DNA of 64,000 nt, taken from positions 496,001 to 560,000 of the forward strand of contig JAAOMT010000710.1 of NCBI GenBank assembly GCA_016748015.1, given 5' to 3'. Shown one piece after another: positions 41,701 to 54,500 of the stretch. This DNA comes from Geosiphon pyriformis uo1. Taxonomy: Eukaryota; Fungi; Glomeromycota. Both the position numbers and the translations under genes were made by a program. Every line of letters starts with the position of its first letter. Position 1 is the stretch's first letter. The notes under the pieces were generated by a model. The model ran no database searches. It was not told the DNA's origin and saw nothing but the letters and a program-made list of their open reading frames with translations.

Positions 41701-43370
41701 ATCTCCATCGTCTGCCCCACATCCAGCATGGACATACAGTAATTCAAGGAAATCGGACGAGAACTCTATCACATCATGCAAATTGCCAAATACAGTTTTT
41801 AAGTCATATGGATTAAAAATTGGAATTTCTTTTGCTTGAGTATAATAAATCTATGGGAAATTAAAATATTAGAATCCTCAAAAAAATTTAAAAAATGACA
41901 AGTATTTTTAAAAAATACAGACTTTCTCAAGCAACTGCATATCAGCCAAAAACACCTTTTCAGTATCTACAAGTTCCCTAATAGAATTCCGAAGCCTTCG
42001 CCTTCGTTTTTGTTGCTTGGTAATTTCATCTTCTTCAAAAAGAGTTATTGACGATGAAGTTTCCGTGCTATATTCCGAATTTTCACTATATGATCTACGA
42101 ATATTAAAATCAATAGCACCAATTCCAGATGGTTGAGTAAATGGACGAGGTGCCAGGCTCGGTCGAACTAATCTATCAGGCTTTGCTTCTATACTTTCAG
42201 AAGATGAAGATGAGGAATCAATATCGCTAGTTTGTGTCATTGATGTTGGGGACCCAGAAAGACGAATTTCAATGCCTTCAAGTTTTTCGGGGATAGGTGT
42301 ATGGATCGGAGAATTAGAGCAAGCATTCTTTTTTGATGATTGGGCATGTCCTTGTGACATGCTTCGACCCCATCGAGTAGGGTTTAATTTTGATGCCGAT
42401 TTTTTTATACCAATTGGCTGGGAAATTATTTTATGGGCTTTGCCATTAGCAGGAATGTGATTCATCTCTTCATAATCATAATCTGTGACATCAACCCAGC
42501 CTTTGCTATTATTGCCAAGATCGTCGTTTTCGTCTTCATGAAATGGATTGGGTTTCTCAATAATAGGGGTGGTTGGAGATGATCTTGAATAAGAATTTGG
42601 GCTTGGTCTATTCAATGTATTTTGCAAGTCATTATAATTCGGATAGGATATTGGGTGATTTGTGGGCCCATGTGCTATTAACAACCCAGTTGAATTTGAT
42701 GATGAATTTGGTGAAGATTGCCGCGTGGCTCCTGATGTCATGCTACGAGATATTATTCCAGTACGTTTCGTTATCTTTTTAATTCAGAGAGCATATTTTC
42801 CAAATTTCAATAAAAGTACAAATTAACGTTTAATATTCTGTCAAATTCAATTCTCTCACTAACCGTTGGTTCAATTGCATTTTCCAAAACCAGCCCATTC
42901 TGAAATTTCGCTTTTAAATCTCCGAATTCAAAATGTGAATTATCGATTCCGGGGCTTTCCGAATTAATTATATTCCCATCGGTGTCTATCAAAATATCCT
43001 CGAAATGAGATTTAGGAACTGCGATATATTTCGGTGCTTGGATTGAGGGTACGTCAGATATGGTAGGTACCGAGACTTGAGATTTCAGTACGGGTTGTTG
43101 GGGTTGTGGTAATATTTCGTCCACACAATTATTTTCAAAAATTCGGGAAATTCTATTTACATTTGAACCGCGAGTAGCGATAGCAACGGGTCGCTTGAGC
43201 GGTAGAATCGCGGCAGAAGAATTAATTTCAACTTGGTCGATTTTAGATGGCTTAGGTGAGCTTGAAAATTGAAGAGGTTTTGGTTTGGTAGGTGGTGGAG
43301 TAGCTCTAAATACGGAATTAGAGGTACCAACCCGACGGTTGACCCCACTGGGTAGCATTGCACTATCCAT
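38769..43370 (-). CDS. DH(RhoGEF)-BAR-SH3 protein (dynamin-binding protein/Tuba/ARHGEF37-like architecture), about 14 exons
   Basis: DH: IRELVDTEKVFLADM, LLIKPVQRVLKYPLL, HPDFENL, VAERINEIKRRKDIV. BAR: RKRDRKILDYDR, LQEELPLF. C-terminal SH3: ELSF..WW..GWVDPAFC. First intron 42863-42775 is phase 0. Confidence 0.88.
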
Positions 43371-44352
43371 TTGCTTTTTGAGTCAAATATACGGTTTCAA
43401 TTTGATGTATAAAATACTGATATAGTAGTACACACACTGGAATCAACTTTCTGAGGCTTCCTCAACTGACAAAAGAATATTCGTTCCTTGGTTAGATTAA
43501 GCGCGCAATCTTTGACTAAATGTCCCATGTAAAAATCTTTATTAAAAATACCTTTGTCTAAAATCTCGCAGCTATCTTTGGACCAGATACACGCATAAAA
43601 AATTACATAAAATACCTCCACAAGCGAAAACGTGAATCCTTTTTATTTTTATCTAATGCAACAACTGTCTTCCTCACTTACGTCCTTTGCGCTACAAAAG
43701 TAAAGAAACTATAACACTAAATACAACGATTCAAACTGAGAGTTCAAGTATTAAGGGGATAAGCGGCGATTAGCCGTTGCTGTCTCTATTTCTAACTAGC
43801 GTTTCAGGATCCACTATTTTTCAGTATTCTTGTAAAAATGCAGGTGGTTGTAGGCTCTTAGAGGTACATTTTTGTGATCCAATATCTATTCTAAGACAGT
43901 TTCACCATGATCCGAGTACAGCAGGCGGTCCCGAGTAGTAATAATAGGCGCGTTCATTTATTTGGGAATTATCTTTTTCTTAAACAGAATAAAGTTTAGT
44001 AAGGGCCCATTGAAATTTGTCAAGAGTATCAACTGTTTTGCATCAACTCAAGCTTTATGGGTTAGTTCTGTGATGATACAACCCGTTTTAAACTTGATGA
44101 TAAAGACAAATGATAAATTGATTGCGTCCCAATCACTTTTTTTTTAGGATAAAATATCAATATTATCATACTCGGTTAGCGCCAAAATCATTTAATAGAT
44201 TAATTTGATTATCAGACCCAAATCTTCGGTATAAAGAGGCTAAGAACTAAGCTAGTTTTTAGACTCAAGTCTCATTCGAAGGTTGAGTTAAAGAAGAAAA
44301 TTTTGATCATGAAAAAATGTCGATAAAACCGTTGTAGCTGTGGTTCATTTTA

Positions 44353-45979
44353 CTAAATTCTTACTCCTTCTTCATATAACTTGTTCCAAAAGAATTCTTC
44401 CAATTCATCAGCACATTTTACATAAATCGTATTGGGAGAATTGTAAGCACGACAATTTTCAAAAATGCGTTGAACATCTGTGTAAAACTCAGCAATAGTT
44501 GGATATTTGTCATTTTCCATTTTCTCCTTTACAGTTCTAAGATCAATCGGATTGTTGATGATATGATAATAATCGGGAACAATATCAGCATTGACCGGTT
44601 CCTGGAAAGGCCATGCGTATCGATGACCTTTAAGTGCACCCAGTACATTCTCCATGATAGCATAATGAGGTAAATGTTTGGTTTTTTTCGCTTGATCCTC
44701 CATTTCAGCAGTCCATCGGGATTCTAAAATCCCAGGAACCTCAGTGGGTTGAACTTTTTCGACGCCATCCTGGAAGCATCGTAGGCCAGGATAGATTGTG
44801 GCATTTTCATACCTACTTTTTAATTTTGACTTAATCGCTTCATGCTGTTGTTTTAACATCTTTTTCACATGTACATATTTAATTCTCGGAAGCATGGAAC
44901 ACTAATAAAAAATAAATTTTAAAGATAATAAAGGACAATATATAATGAAATAAGTAACGAACGGGTAAAAATCTAACCTTCATCAGCGTCCCTCCCGTAT
45001 AATCTTTTATATAACCGACCCACATTGAAGGGTCCAAATCAATCTCAGTCGTGAATCCATTCTTTTTGAAAAATCCAACAGCAAGGTCATCAGCATAGGT
45101 CATAAAATGTTCAACATCGGTAGTTGCCCTGATATAATCCTTAAAATAATTCATCAAACGAGATCCATGACCTCGTACTTGTTCTGTGGCGTCAATAGCA
45201 CAAAAAACAATTTCAGCAAATTTTTGTTGATGAAATGGTCGATATGTAATTCCTCCCACAATATTTGGTATCTTATTGCCGACCTGGGTGGGCCTAATAA
45301 GAACCACACTATGATGATTCATATCATATGTCAATCGTGCGATATAATGCTTGGGCATATTGGGCAATTGAGTGGCAAAGACTTTTTTGAGATTCGTAAG
45401 TAAGATCAAGTTCTGACGGGAGCCATCGTTGGTGATACATCGGAATTCGAGGTCCGAAGGTAGACCTTCAGGATACTCAAGTTTGCCATCATCTTCATCA
45501 TTCTCCTCCTTCACGTCCATCTTTCTTTTCTTACTATCATTTTCCTCCTCCTCTTCGGATTCTGATCGTTTGCGACGCTTTCCGAAATTTGCCATATCAA
45601 TCATTTCAGCTCTCATCCTCTTGACTTGATCATCCTCATACATAAAATCCAAAAGTTTATCCTTTTCATGAAGATATTGATCTATCTTCATTGCGACAGC
45701 TAATCGTCGACTGAAATCCTCATCCTGAGCCCCTCCATGATAACTGAGCCGATGTCCACAAATACAAGAGTCTGCCCGACCGCTGTTATTGGCGGTATTG
45801 GGTCGCCAACCTAAGCAATTACAGATAATAGTATCGCTTGGGTCAGTTGTCAGCTTTTGGGAACAAGGTACATGTCGTCCAACTTTCACGAGTCTTTCAT
45901 GAAGGGTGAGAGACTCAAGAGGTTTATCAGCAGATGGATAGGGGAAGGCAGGCTGAGGCGTTGGAAATTTTAACCGCAT
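44353..45979 (-). CDS. GCN5: GCN5-family histone acetyltransferase (PCAF-N-like Cys/His module, GNAT, bromodomain); exons 45979-44978, 44901-44353
   Basis: [30 protein letters not shown] (catalytic Glu), QVRGHG, TYAD; bromodomain [22 protein letters not shown]; one phase-0 intron. Confidence 0.92.
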
Positions 45980-47499
45980 TATAGTAAATATAAATTAGGT
46001 TGAATTGCTTTGATGACTGTAGTGAAAAGAAAATTATTTTTTCAAATAAAATGTCCATGACGCCAGGTCACACAAGAAAATAGACAGTATAGTTTGTAAG
46101 ACATCTATATTCTGAATGACGATCTGTCAATGACATTAAACTTCGTCATTTTTCAATACTAGGGAAGTCTTTACTCAATATAACCCAGTTTTTTTATTTT
46201 TCATAATAATATAATGTAATTTTTATTTCTCTATTTTATTTCTCTAAATAATATATAAAATATAAATATAAATTTTATTCACGCCAAACCTACTCTAAAA
46301 CTAAAATACAGCATTATTAAAAAAACATAATACAAACTATTTTTTATGTTTTAAAATAAAATATAGTTTGGTACAAAAAGTTTAATATACCAAAATAATT
46401 CTTTAAAGTATTAATTAAGTTTTATTAACATATTTATAATAAATTTTATTCATTCTAAAAGTTTTAAACCTAATTTTTTTGTTTTTTATTATGTTATACA
46501 AGCAAATTGCAACAGTTTCTAAAATTAAACTTGTAAAATTTCAATATTTATTAAATAACAACAATAAAAAAATTGTGAAAATTAAAGTTAAACTAAATAA
46601 TATAAACATAAATAAAATTTAAAAATAAATTAATATATCTGTTAAAAAACAAACAACATGCAAAATTGCAATTTATTTTAAATCTATTTAATAAAAAATT
46701 GTGTTATTAATAAGCTTAAAATTATTATTATTTTTTATTGTTTATTAAAGTATAATTTAAATACTATTTATATAATATTTGGTGTTTTTATATAATATAA
46801 GTTTTTAAAGTTTTTATAATATTTGAAAACTTTTATTTGTTTAAATATTGTGTTTTATTTGTAAAAAAATTTTTATAAAAACAGAAATATTAAAGTTTTT
46901 TATTAATTAATGTAACTACAAAATATTATAATTTGTTTATAATTATATTTAATTTAACTTGTTATTTAATTATAATTAATATAATTTGGTATTTGCTTTT
47001 TACTATTCTGATAAGTTAAAAATTTATTATAAAATTAATTTTTACAAAATGCTTTTATTTTTTACCAAATTAATATAATATTAAATTATATTATTATAAG
47101 AATTAAATTATTTGTTATAATATTAAATTAATTTGTCGTAAAAATCAAATTATTTTTATGATTTTTTTTTGGCATTTTCAGATAATTTTTAAATTATTTT
47201 TAAATAAAAAAATAACAAAAAATAAAAAAATTTAGTATTTTATTAATTATTATAATTAAAAATAATTGTTTAAGTTATTAAAATATAATTGTATTTAACA
47301 TAAAAAAAAATAAATTGTAAAAATACAATTAAATATAATAAAAAAATTAGATTTATAAATAATTAAAATAAAAGCAATTTAATTAATTTAATTATTAGTT
47401 TTTATTTTTAAATAATAAATATATTTGGCTTTTTAATTATAATCTAAATTATTTTAAAATATTTTTTCTAAAATAAAACCATTTATATATATGCATATT

Positions 47500-48259
47500 T
47501 TTTTTTTATTGCTTAACAAATGAGGTCCAAATACTACCTAATACAATACATTATACAAATGATCTAAACTAGACACGAATTATGCTTTTACTACACATGA
47601 CCAGCCACTCAAACTGATCAAGACACCACTATACAGTTATGTAAACTGAAACATCAATGCCAATACCAGAAAAGAACGAACATAACCTACAGAAACCAAA
47701 GTGAACACCAAAAGTGTCAGCAATTCTAAGCAACCTAATAACACCAGCAGACAGCTCTAATAACAAACCAGAAATCGAAGCCAGCATCAAACTATCAGAT
47801 GGAATCAATCCTTTTTTTTTCATGAGGGCTCAATATCTAGTGTGGACTAATTATATGCCATTCTTAAAGCTGAGACTTAGAGCATGCACAAATTCCACAA
47901 TTCTCCGACCTGTGAGTTTGAGATCATGAAAGACAGACACAGCTTCTCGGAACCAATTGTCAAAAACAAAACCTTTAAAAAGGGCTGTGGACACAGAGAC
48001 ATCAAAAGCACAAGACAACAGAAACTGAAACACACAGGAAAAGGAATGAGAAAGACCAGAAATTAGCTCTCAGGAAGCTACATGGGTTTTCAATAATTGA
48101 CAGTAAGTAGAAAGGTCAATTATACAAGAAAAAATATGATTAGAAAATTTAACATCACTACAGAACAAACATAATACAATAGAATAATGTCTAAAGTAAA
48201 GTCACTTCTATATAGCAACAGGCAATTGATAATGCAAGGTCTTTATAAAATATGTATAC
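47500..48259 (-). mobile_element. 3' fragment of a LINE (zinc finger, ORF2 end, 3' UTR, A-tail), interrupted by the LTR nest
   Basis: TYFIKTLHYQLPVA, KGFVFDNWF, GVHFGFC..SVYITV*; 3' UTR homologous to 19273-19385. Confidence 0.88.
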
Positions 48260-48267
48260 TATTATGG

Positions 48268-49331
48268 TGTTATAGATAAACTTGGTGGGTATGGGAAATG
48301 GTAATGTTTAGTGCTCTCAATTATTGATGAATGTGTCTTCTATGTAATTCTGTTGGCTTAGTCTTGATTATCAGTCTCTAAAGGTCTATTCCTGAATGTG
48401 AATTTTACCTGTTGAGTTCTTTGGTTATAAGACACAGAGTTTGTCTTTCGTCAATTGTAATGTTTTTCGTAAATGTGAACTTTTTTCTTCGAGCTAATGA
48501 GCACAGTTGTTAGGGTCTGGCGTTGTCTTTTCACCCTTCTGATAAGCTAACAAGATAATGTTAATATCCAAAACTTAGGGGGAGCTTCCCTCTTTTACCA
48601 GGTTATCACGAAGTCTATTTTCAGACAGTCGATTTTACTATGTTGCTGCTCCACAAAAAATTAACACAGAAAAAGAAAGAAAAAGAAAAAGAAAAGAAAA
48701 GAAAAGAGAGAAAAGATAAATTAGTATCGTCAATTGCTGTAATCAAGAGCAATTGGTCCAAATCATTAATAGATTCGAGGCAGTTATGCTAAGAGCATCT
48801 GTTTTAGAACGGAGGTACAAGACAAGAGTTAATTCACATAAATTTCACGAAATTCGAGAACATGAATTTACGATTTTGATTTCTTTTAATAATTGATTTA
48901 TTTCAAGAAATGAACTAGGGAAGATAATAAAGGATGAAGGGGTATGGATATTTTAATTTCTGGTCTAGAGATTCATATTTATTTTTTCTTCTCTGCTTTT
49001 TCTCACTTCTACAACTACTTGCTTTTATACATTCTTTTGGTTTTACAGAATTGCTTTCAATTGTCTCGCTATTGCTAGCTATTGCTTTGTTGTTTCTGTT
49101 TATTGCTTTGTTTTTCTATGTTATCACTAGTTATTCTATGTTATAATACATTATCTAACGTTATTACATGTTATTCTGTGTTATCCTGTATTATAATACA
49201 TTATCTTACATTATTGTGTGCTATTCTGTGTTATCCTGCATTATAACACGTTATCCAACATTATAACGCATTATCACGTTTTTGGTCACGTTTCTTTATA
49301 ACTTTGGATCAGTTTTTCTACTCAGGTAACA
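48268..49331 (-). repeat. 3' LTR of element 1 (1064 bp)
   Basis: Direct repeat of 57375-58463 with TGTTA...TAACA termini. Confidence 0.95.
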
Positions 49332-49333
49332 TT

Positions 49334-49347
49334 ATCCCTCTCTTTTT
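49334..49347 (-). other. Polypurine tract of element 1
   Basis: AAAAAGAGAGGGA immediately before the 3' LTR on the minus strand. Confidence 0.85.
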
Positions 49348-50140
49348 AAAATTGAGCTCCTACGAAACCATATGTATTTGTTATTGTGGCTTCGTTTGTG
49401 TAATGTTCGATTGTTGCCTTGAGTATTGCCTTTTGTAGGTCTTCGAACTGTTGATTGGTTATTTGTCTTATGCTGTTAACCATTATGGTTTTCATAAATC
49501 CATTCAGTAGTACATTTGGGCAATGTTGGAAGACAGCATATAATCGGTATGCTGCTTTGTAATGTAGAGTCAAGTTGTTTTTCCCTACAAATTTTTTTAC
49601 TTGTTGTATTGCTTCTTTGTTGAATGTTTTCTGGCTGAGATCTTCGTATGGTGTTTTCAAGTCAAGCTGTTCTCCAATTTTGTAGAACCAATAAGCTAGA
49701 GGAAGTCTTTCTTTTCATTCCTAGGGATTGTCAGGTGTCCACTCCCCTGTTTTGGGGAGTTTGGTTCCACAAGCTAAAGCTTGTTTTATTTCTTTAAGCT
49801 TGGGGACCAAGTATCTTCTTTTGTAATCTTTTTCTCATTCTTTGCCTCCTTCTTTTCCACCTTCCACCCAAAGGCAATTTTTCTTCTCACATTGCCTTTC
49901 GGGTGGTGGGTAAGGAAGAGAATGTTTAGTTCTAATTGAACTTTTGTCCTTTCCTTTCCTGCTCTTATCTTTGTACCATATCTCTTTTTTATCAGTTGTT
50001 ATTTCTGTTTGAGATGTCAATTTTTGAATTGTTTCAAATAATTGTTTAAATAATTTTAAAATTTGATCTGAAAGGTCTATGTTGAAATTTCTATCGTTTC
50101 TTGCTGCTTTTTGGATGCTATATATATTTGAATTCCCCAA
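49346..50140 (-). pseudogene. ORF3 of element 1, unknown function, internal stops
   Basis: ORFs 49835-50140 and 49346-49660 are in one frame and are homologous to 59347-60057. Confidence 0.8.
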
Positions 50141-50160
50141 TTTAATTTGCTGCCTGTTGT

Positions 50161-51528
50161 CTATATTTCAATGATAATAATTGGTTCCAGATCTCATGGT
50201 ATATCTTCTGGTCTGATTAATGAAATTTGTGTTCCTAGTTGAGGTACTGATGACAATGATTTCTGTTTTACATGATAAATTTTTAACCAATTTCCATGTG
50301 CTACTTTCTTTAAAATTCTGTCTTTCAATTGTAACTTGTAAGCTCCATTTCCTAACACTTCGTGTATGTGGAATGGACCGTCCCACTTTGGGTCAAACTT
50401 TCCACTCCACTGTTTCTCAGCTTTTGTACGATGTAACAGTACTTGGTCTCCAATCTTGAATTCCATTGGTTGTTCTGGCAGGTGTTTATCATGTCTTTCT
50501 TTTTGTTGTTCTTAAGCGTAACTAATATTGTCAGCTGCTGTTCTTTGATTGTTTTCCAACATTTCCATTAGCTAGTACGTTCTTTGGTGTAAGATAGCCT
50601 CAAAATTCTCTTCATTGATTGTTTTTGTTGGGTATGATAGTATCATTTGTTCAATCGGTAACATAGCTTTTTTTCTATAGACTAGTTTGAACGGTGTGAA
50701 CTGAGTCATATTTTGTTTTAATGTTCGGTATGCAAAGAGTACAGAAGATATGAATAAGTCCCATTCTTGTCTGTTTTTATGACTTATTTTTGCTAGTGCT
50801 TCACATAGTGTTCTGTTAAACTGTTCTACCAGTCCATTTGTTTGTGGGTGGTATGGTAACGATAAGGGTCTCTTTATTCCAAACCGTTGGCTTAGTTCAG
50901 TCAGCATATTATTAACAAAGTGTGTTCCCTGATCAGATAATAATTTTTTCGGACATCCATGTCAGCAAATTAGGTCTTGATGTACAAATTTGGTGACTGT
51001 TTTGGTGTCGGCCACTTGGATTGCTCTGGCTTCTGGCCATTTTGTAAGATAGTTTATAGCTACAGCAATATAATGATTTCCTTGAGATGTAATTGAAAGA
51101 GGTCTAACCAAATCGATCCCAATTCTATCAAATAGATTTCCAACTGGAATGGGTCAAAGTGGTTCTGTTGATCTTGCTCCTCCTCTTCGCTGGCATGCAT
51201 CACAATTGAGCACGTATTTGAAAATGTCTTTATGCATAGTTGGCCAATAGTATAAGTTTAGTGTTCTTTCGAGGGTAGCGTCTTTGTTAAAGTGTTCTGC
51301 AGTCAGATCTGAGTGCACGCTATATAGTATAGTTTCTCTTTCACTGTCCATGATTAGTTGTTGTGGGTTGGGGTGGTTTCAGTATTCTCGTCAATATAGT
51401 TGGTTGTCTTGAATAAAATAATTTCGGACTTGTTTTCATATGGTACTCTGTTCCTGTTGAGATAATATCTCCTTGAAACATAGTGTCGATAGGTACTGAT
51501 GTAGTTGTTAATAAGTGAGTGTGTCCAT
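50161..51528 (-). pseudogene. Integrase of element 1, encoded as a stand-alone ORF
   Basis: Own ATG (MDTLTY) at 51528. HHCC (H..H..CDAC), GIDLV, DQG, NGLVEQFNRTL, WDGPF; ends LEPIIIIEI*. Confidence 0.88.
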
Positions 51529-51538
51529 GGGTCTGGGA

Positions 51539-54500
51539 TTAGGTTTGTAGCATCTTCGACAAACTGTTAACATTGGTGTTCTTGGATCTTTTCTTGTAAT
51601 AGACTTTGAGTGGGAATTGTTGCAGATAAGTACTCTATCTCGCATATTTTCCTTCTAGTTGTGGATTGTTGAGTAACCAAATAAGTCCTTTGTGGTCGGT
51701 ATATAGATCAAATGGTTGACTGAGGTAATGTTTCCAAGTCTGTATGGCCCAATAAATAGCAAGACATTCCAGATCTGTTGTGCTGTAATTTTTTTTTGCT
51801 GGGCTAGTGCTGCAACTAGTATAGGCAACTGGGTGTTCTCTATTGTCTGGTCCTATCTGTGATAAGACTGCTCCTAGAGCATTTTTCAAGACATCCGTAG
51901 CAACAATGAACCGTTTAGTGAAATCTGGATAAATCAGGATTGGAGATGTGATCAATCGCTGCTTGAGATAGTCAAATGCTTTCTGTTGATCTTCCTTCCA
52001 CAAGTACAGTATGTATTTGGACAACAATTGATGGAGTGGTTTTGCGATGTTCGACAAACCTTTAACAAATTGATGATAATATTCTGCTAATCCTAGAAAT
52101 CCTCATAATTCTCTGAAGTTGATTAGGGCTGGAAAATCCTTGACTTTTTGTACTTTATCTGGATCGGGTTTAACTCCATCTTTGCCGATTACATGTCCTA
52201 GGAATTTTAACTCAGTTTTTCCAAAGAAGCACTTCTCGAGATTGAGTTTCAATCTGGCATTATGAAGGCATTCGAAGACTTGTTGCAGGTGGAACAGATG
52301 GTCTTCGAATGTTTCGGAGAACACGTTTGTGTTGTCTAAGTAGACTACTACTGATTTCCAAAGAATTCCTTTGTATACTACATCCATCAGGTGTTGAAAC
52401 GTGGCAGGAGCATTACAAAGTCCAAAAGGCATTATGTTAAACTCGAAGTTTCCGTCTTGAGTGGTAAACACTGTTTTTCTTTTGTCTTTGGAGTTCATTT
52501 CAACTTGCTAGTAACCACTTGCTAAATCTACTGATGAGAACCATTTCTTTTTCCCTAGATTGTTCAGAATTTCCTGGATGAGGGGAGTGGGATAACTATC
52601 TCCTCGCATGATGCTATTTAGTTTTCGATAATTGATGCAGAATCGCACTTTTCCATTTTTCTTGGTAACCAAGACTACTGGTGAGGACCAAGGGCTTAAT
52701 GATTCTTTGATTAGACCATTATTAAGCATCCGTTGCACTTTTTGCTTAATTAGATTATTACCAGATGGGGGTATGCAGTAAGCTCATTGCTTAATTGGTC
52801 AAGCGTCTCCTGTATTAATCTGATGCTTCACAATGTCAATGTGTTTGAACTCATTTTCGCTGGCAAAGACATCGGCATATTGATTCAGAAAGACTTTGAG
52901 TTGCATTTGTTGCAGGGTACTTAAATTTCCTAAATTCAATTTATTGATCTCTTCTGGTGTGAACAAGTAACTTTCTTTTAGCAAATTCCATACTTGTGAG
53001 GTAATGTCACAGAATAAGAATAATTGTGCGAAATCTGGAATGGACTGGGGTTTTTCAGGATTCTGACTATCTGTGAATATAGAACTGATGAGGGTCTCTT
53101 CGGGGATTTTAATGACATCTTCTGTCAGGTTGTGGATGGGGATTTTGAAGTGTTTATGGGCTTTGGCTGGTAGGTATAAATTAGCAACATTGGCTAGGGA
53201 ACAGATTTCGGGACTGGCTTCAAATAATAGGGCTTGATTTTGGATCTTTTGATTCACTTTGAGGATGTATTATCAGTATAGAGGAATAGAGATAACAGTG
53301 TCGGTGTGGATAAATTCTACCTGATCATTGTTTTCCTTCATGAAATTAACTGGTATGTTTTCTCTTCCACTTGATCCAAACCCATTGATTCCTCAGGCAG
53401 TGAGGCCTGACTCTTCTCAGATTGTTACCGGAGTTAATTAAGATATTTTGACTAGGGGTAGGAAGATAGCTTGGGCAATCTTTTCTTGTAATTCTATTTT
53501 ATAAGATCTGTCCGAATTGTTCTGTAGCATCACAATAATGTTTCTTGTGTAACTGGCATTGATGATTCCTCTTTTTATGTTGATTCCTTTCTTGGCTAGA
53601 CTAGATCGAAAGGCAACTTGTACCATTGTACTAACAGAAATTTCTAACGCTATCTTAAGATCTATTTTTACGAGAGAATGTGGGACTATAATGATGGGTG
53701 ATTGTCCAGGATATCATAGGTCAAAACTGGCATCAGTGTCATGCACTCTTTCGGGGCAGATTCCTTCTTCGTTGTCACTGTACTATTTTAGCTCTAGTTC
53801 TTTGGATAGGTCAGAATACATGAGATACTGTTCTGTTTTGGTATCCTCAGTTGAATCTTGAAACGACATGTCCTTGGTGATCAATACCTCTTCTTCAGGT
53901 TCAGGTAGTTCAGTGATTGGAAACAGTATTCTTGGAGGCGAATTGAACATGAGATCACATTTATCGCAGTACTGGAAGTGACAAGGGATCAAACAGTGAT
54001 CGCATAGTTTGGTATTCAAATCGGCCAACCTTTGCTCCTGTTCCTCGTGAATTGAGGCCAATTCCTGATATTGGTTCTGAAATGCATCTGGGTCATCTGT
54101 GAAGAAATCATCCTCGGGGTAGTCGGATCTAGTATATTTGGGCGTCCAAGGGTTGTCTTTAATTTTTCATATTTTTTCAGACATGGCGCCTTCGGCCTTG
54201 GCACTTGCCATTCTCCAGATTTCGTGGTCATTGTGTGAATAACCGTCTAGTCTGTTGAGTGTTCGTTTCCAAGCGTCCTCAATGGGGGTTCCCTTTTGTA
54301 CCCATTTGTTAATTAATATGGTGTATTGACAAGTCTCGTCACATGTTTCTCCTCTGCCAGGCACATTATTCCAGAGTCTTTCATTTGGCAGGATTTTGCC
54401 ACATGCGAGACACAGCATGTGGTCCCACTTGCCTTGTCATTTTGGTTGTCCAAATCTTTCCAGTAAACAAGGCTTGCAATAGTATTTGGTGGCGGTGGGC

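Noticed and set aside
49120-49280. CRISPR-like array
   Set aside because: Contiguous 10-bp tandem units without unique spacers, inside a eukaryotic LTR; no cas genes.
49346-50140. ORF3 as an envelope gene
   Set aside because: It occupies the env position but has no evident signal peptide or transmembrane anchor in either family.
50161-50330. Chromodomain at the integrase C-terminus
   Set aside because: Only the GPF/SH3-like module and a short LEPIIIIE tail are present; no chromodomain aromatic motif.
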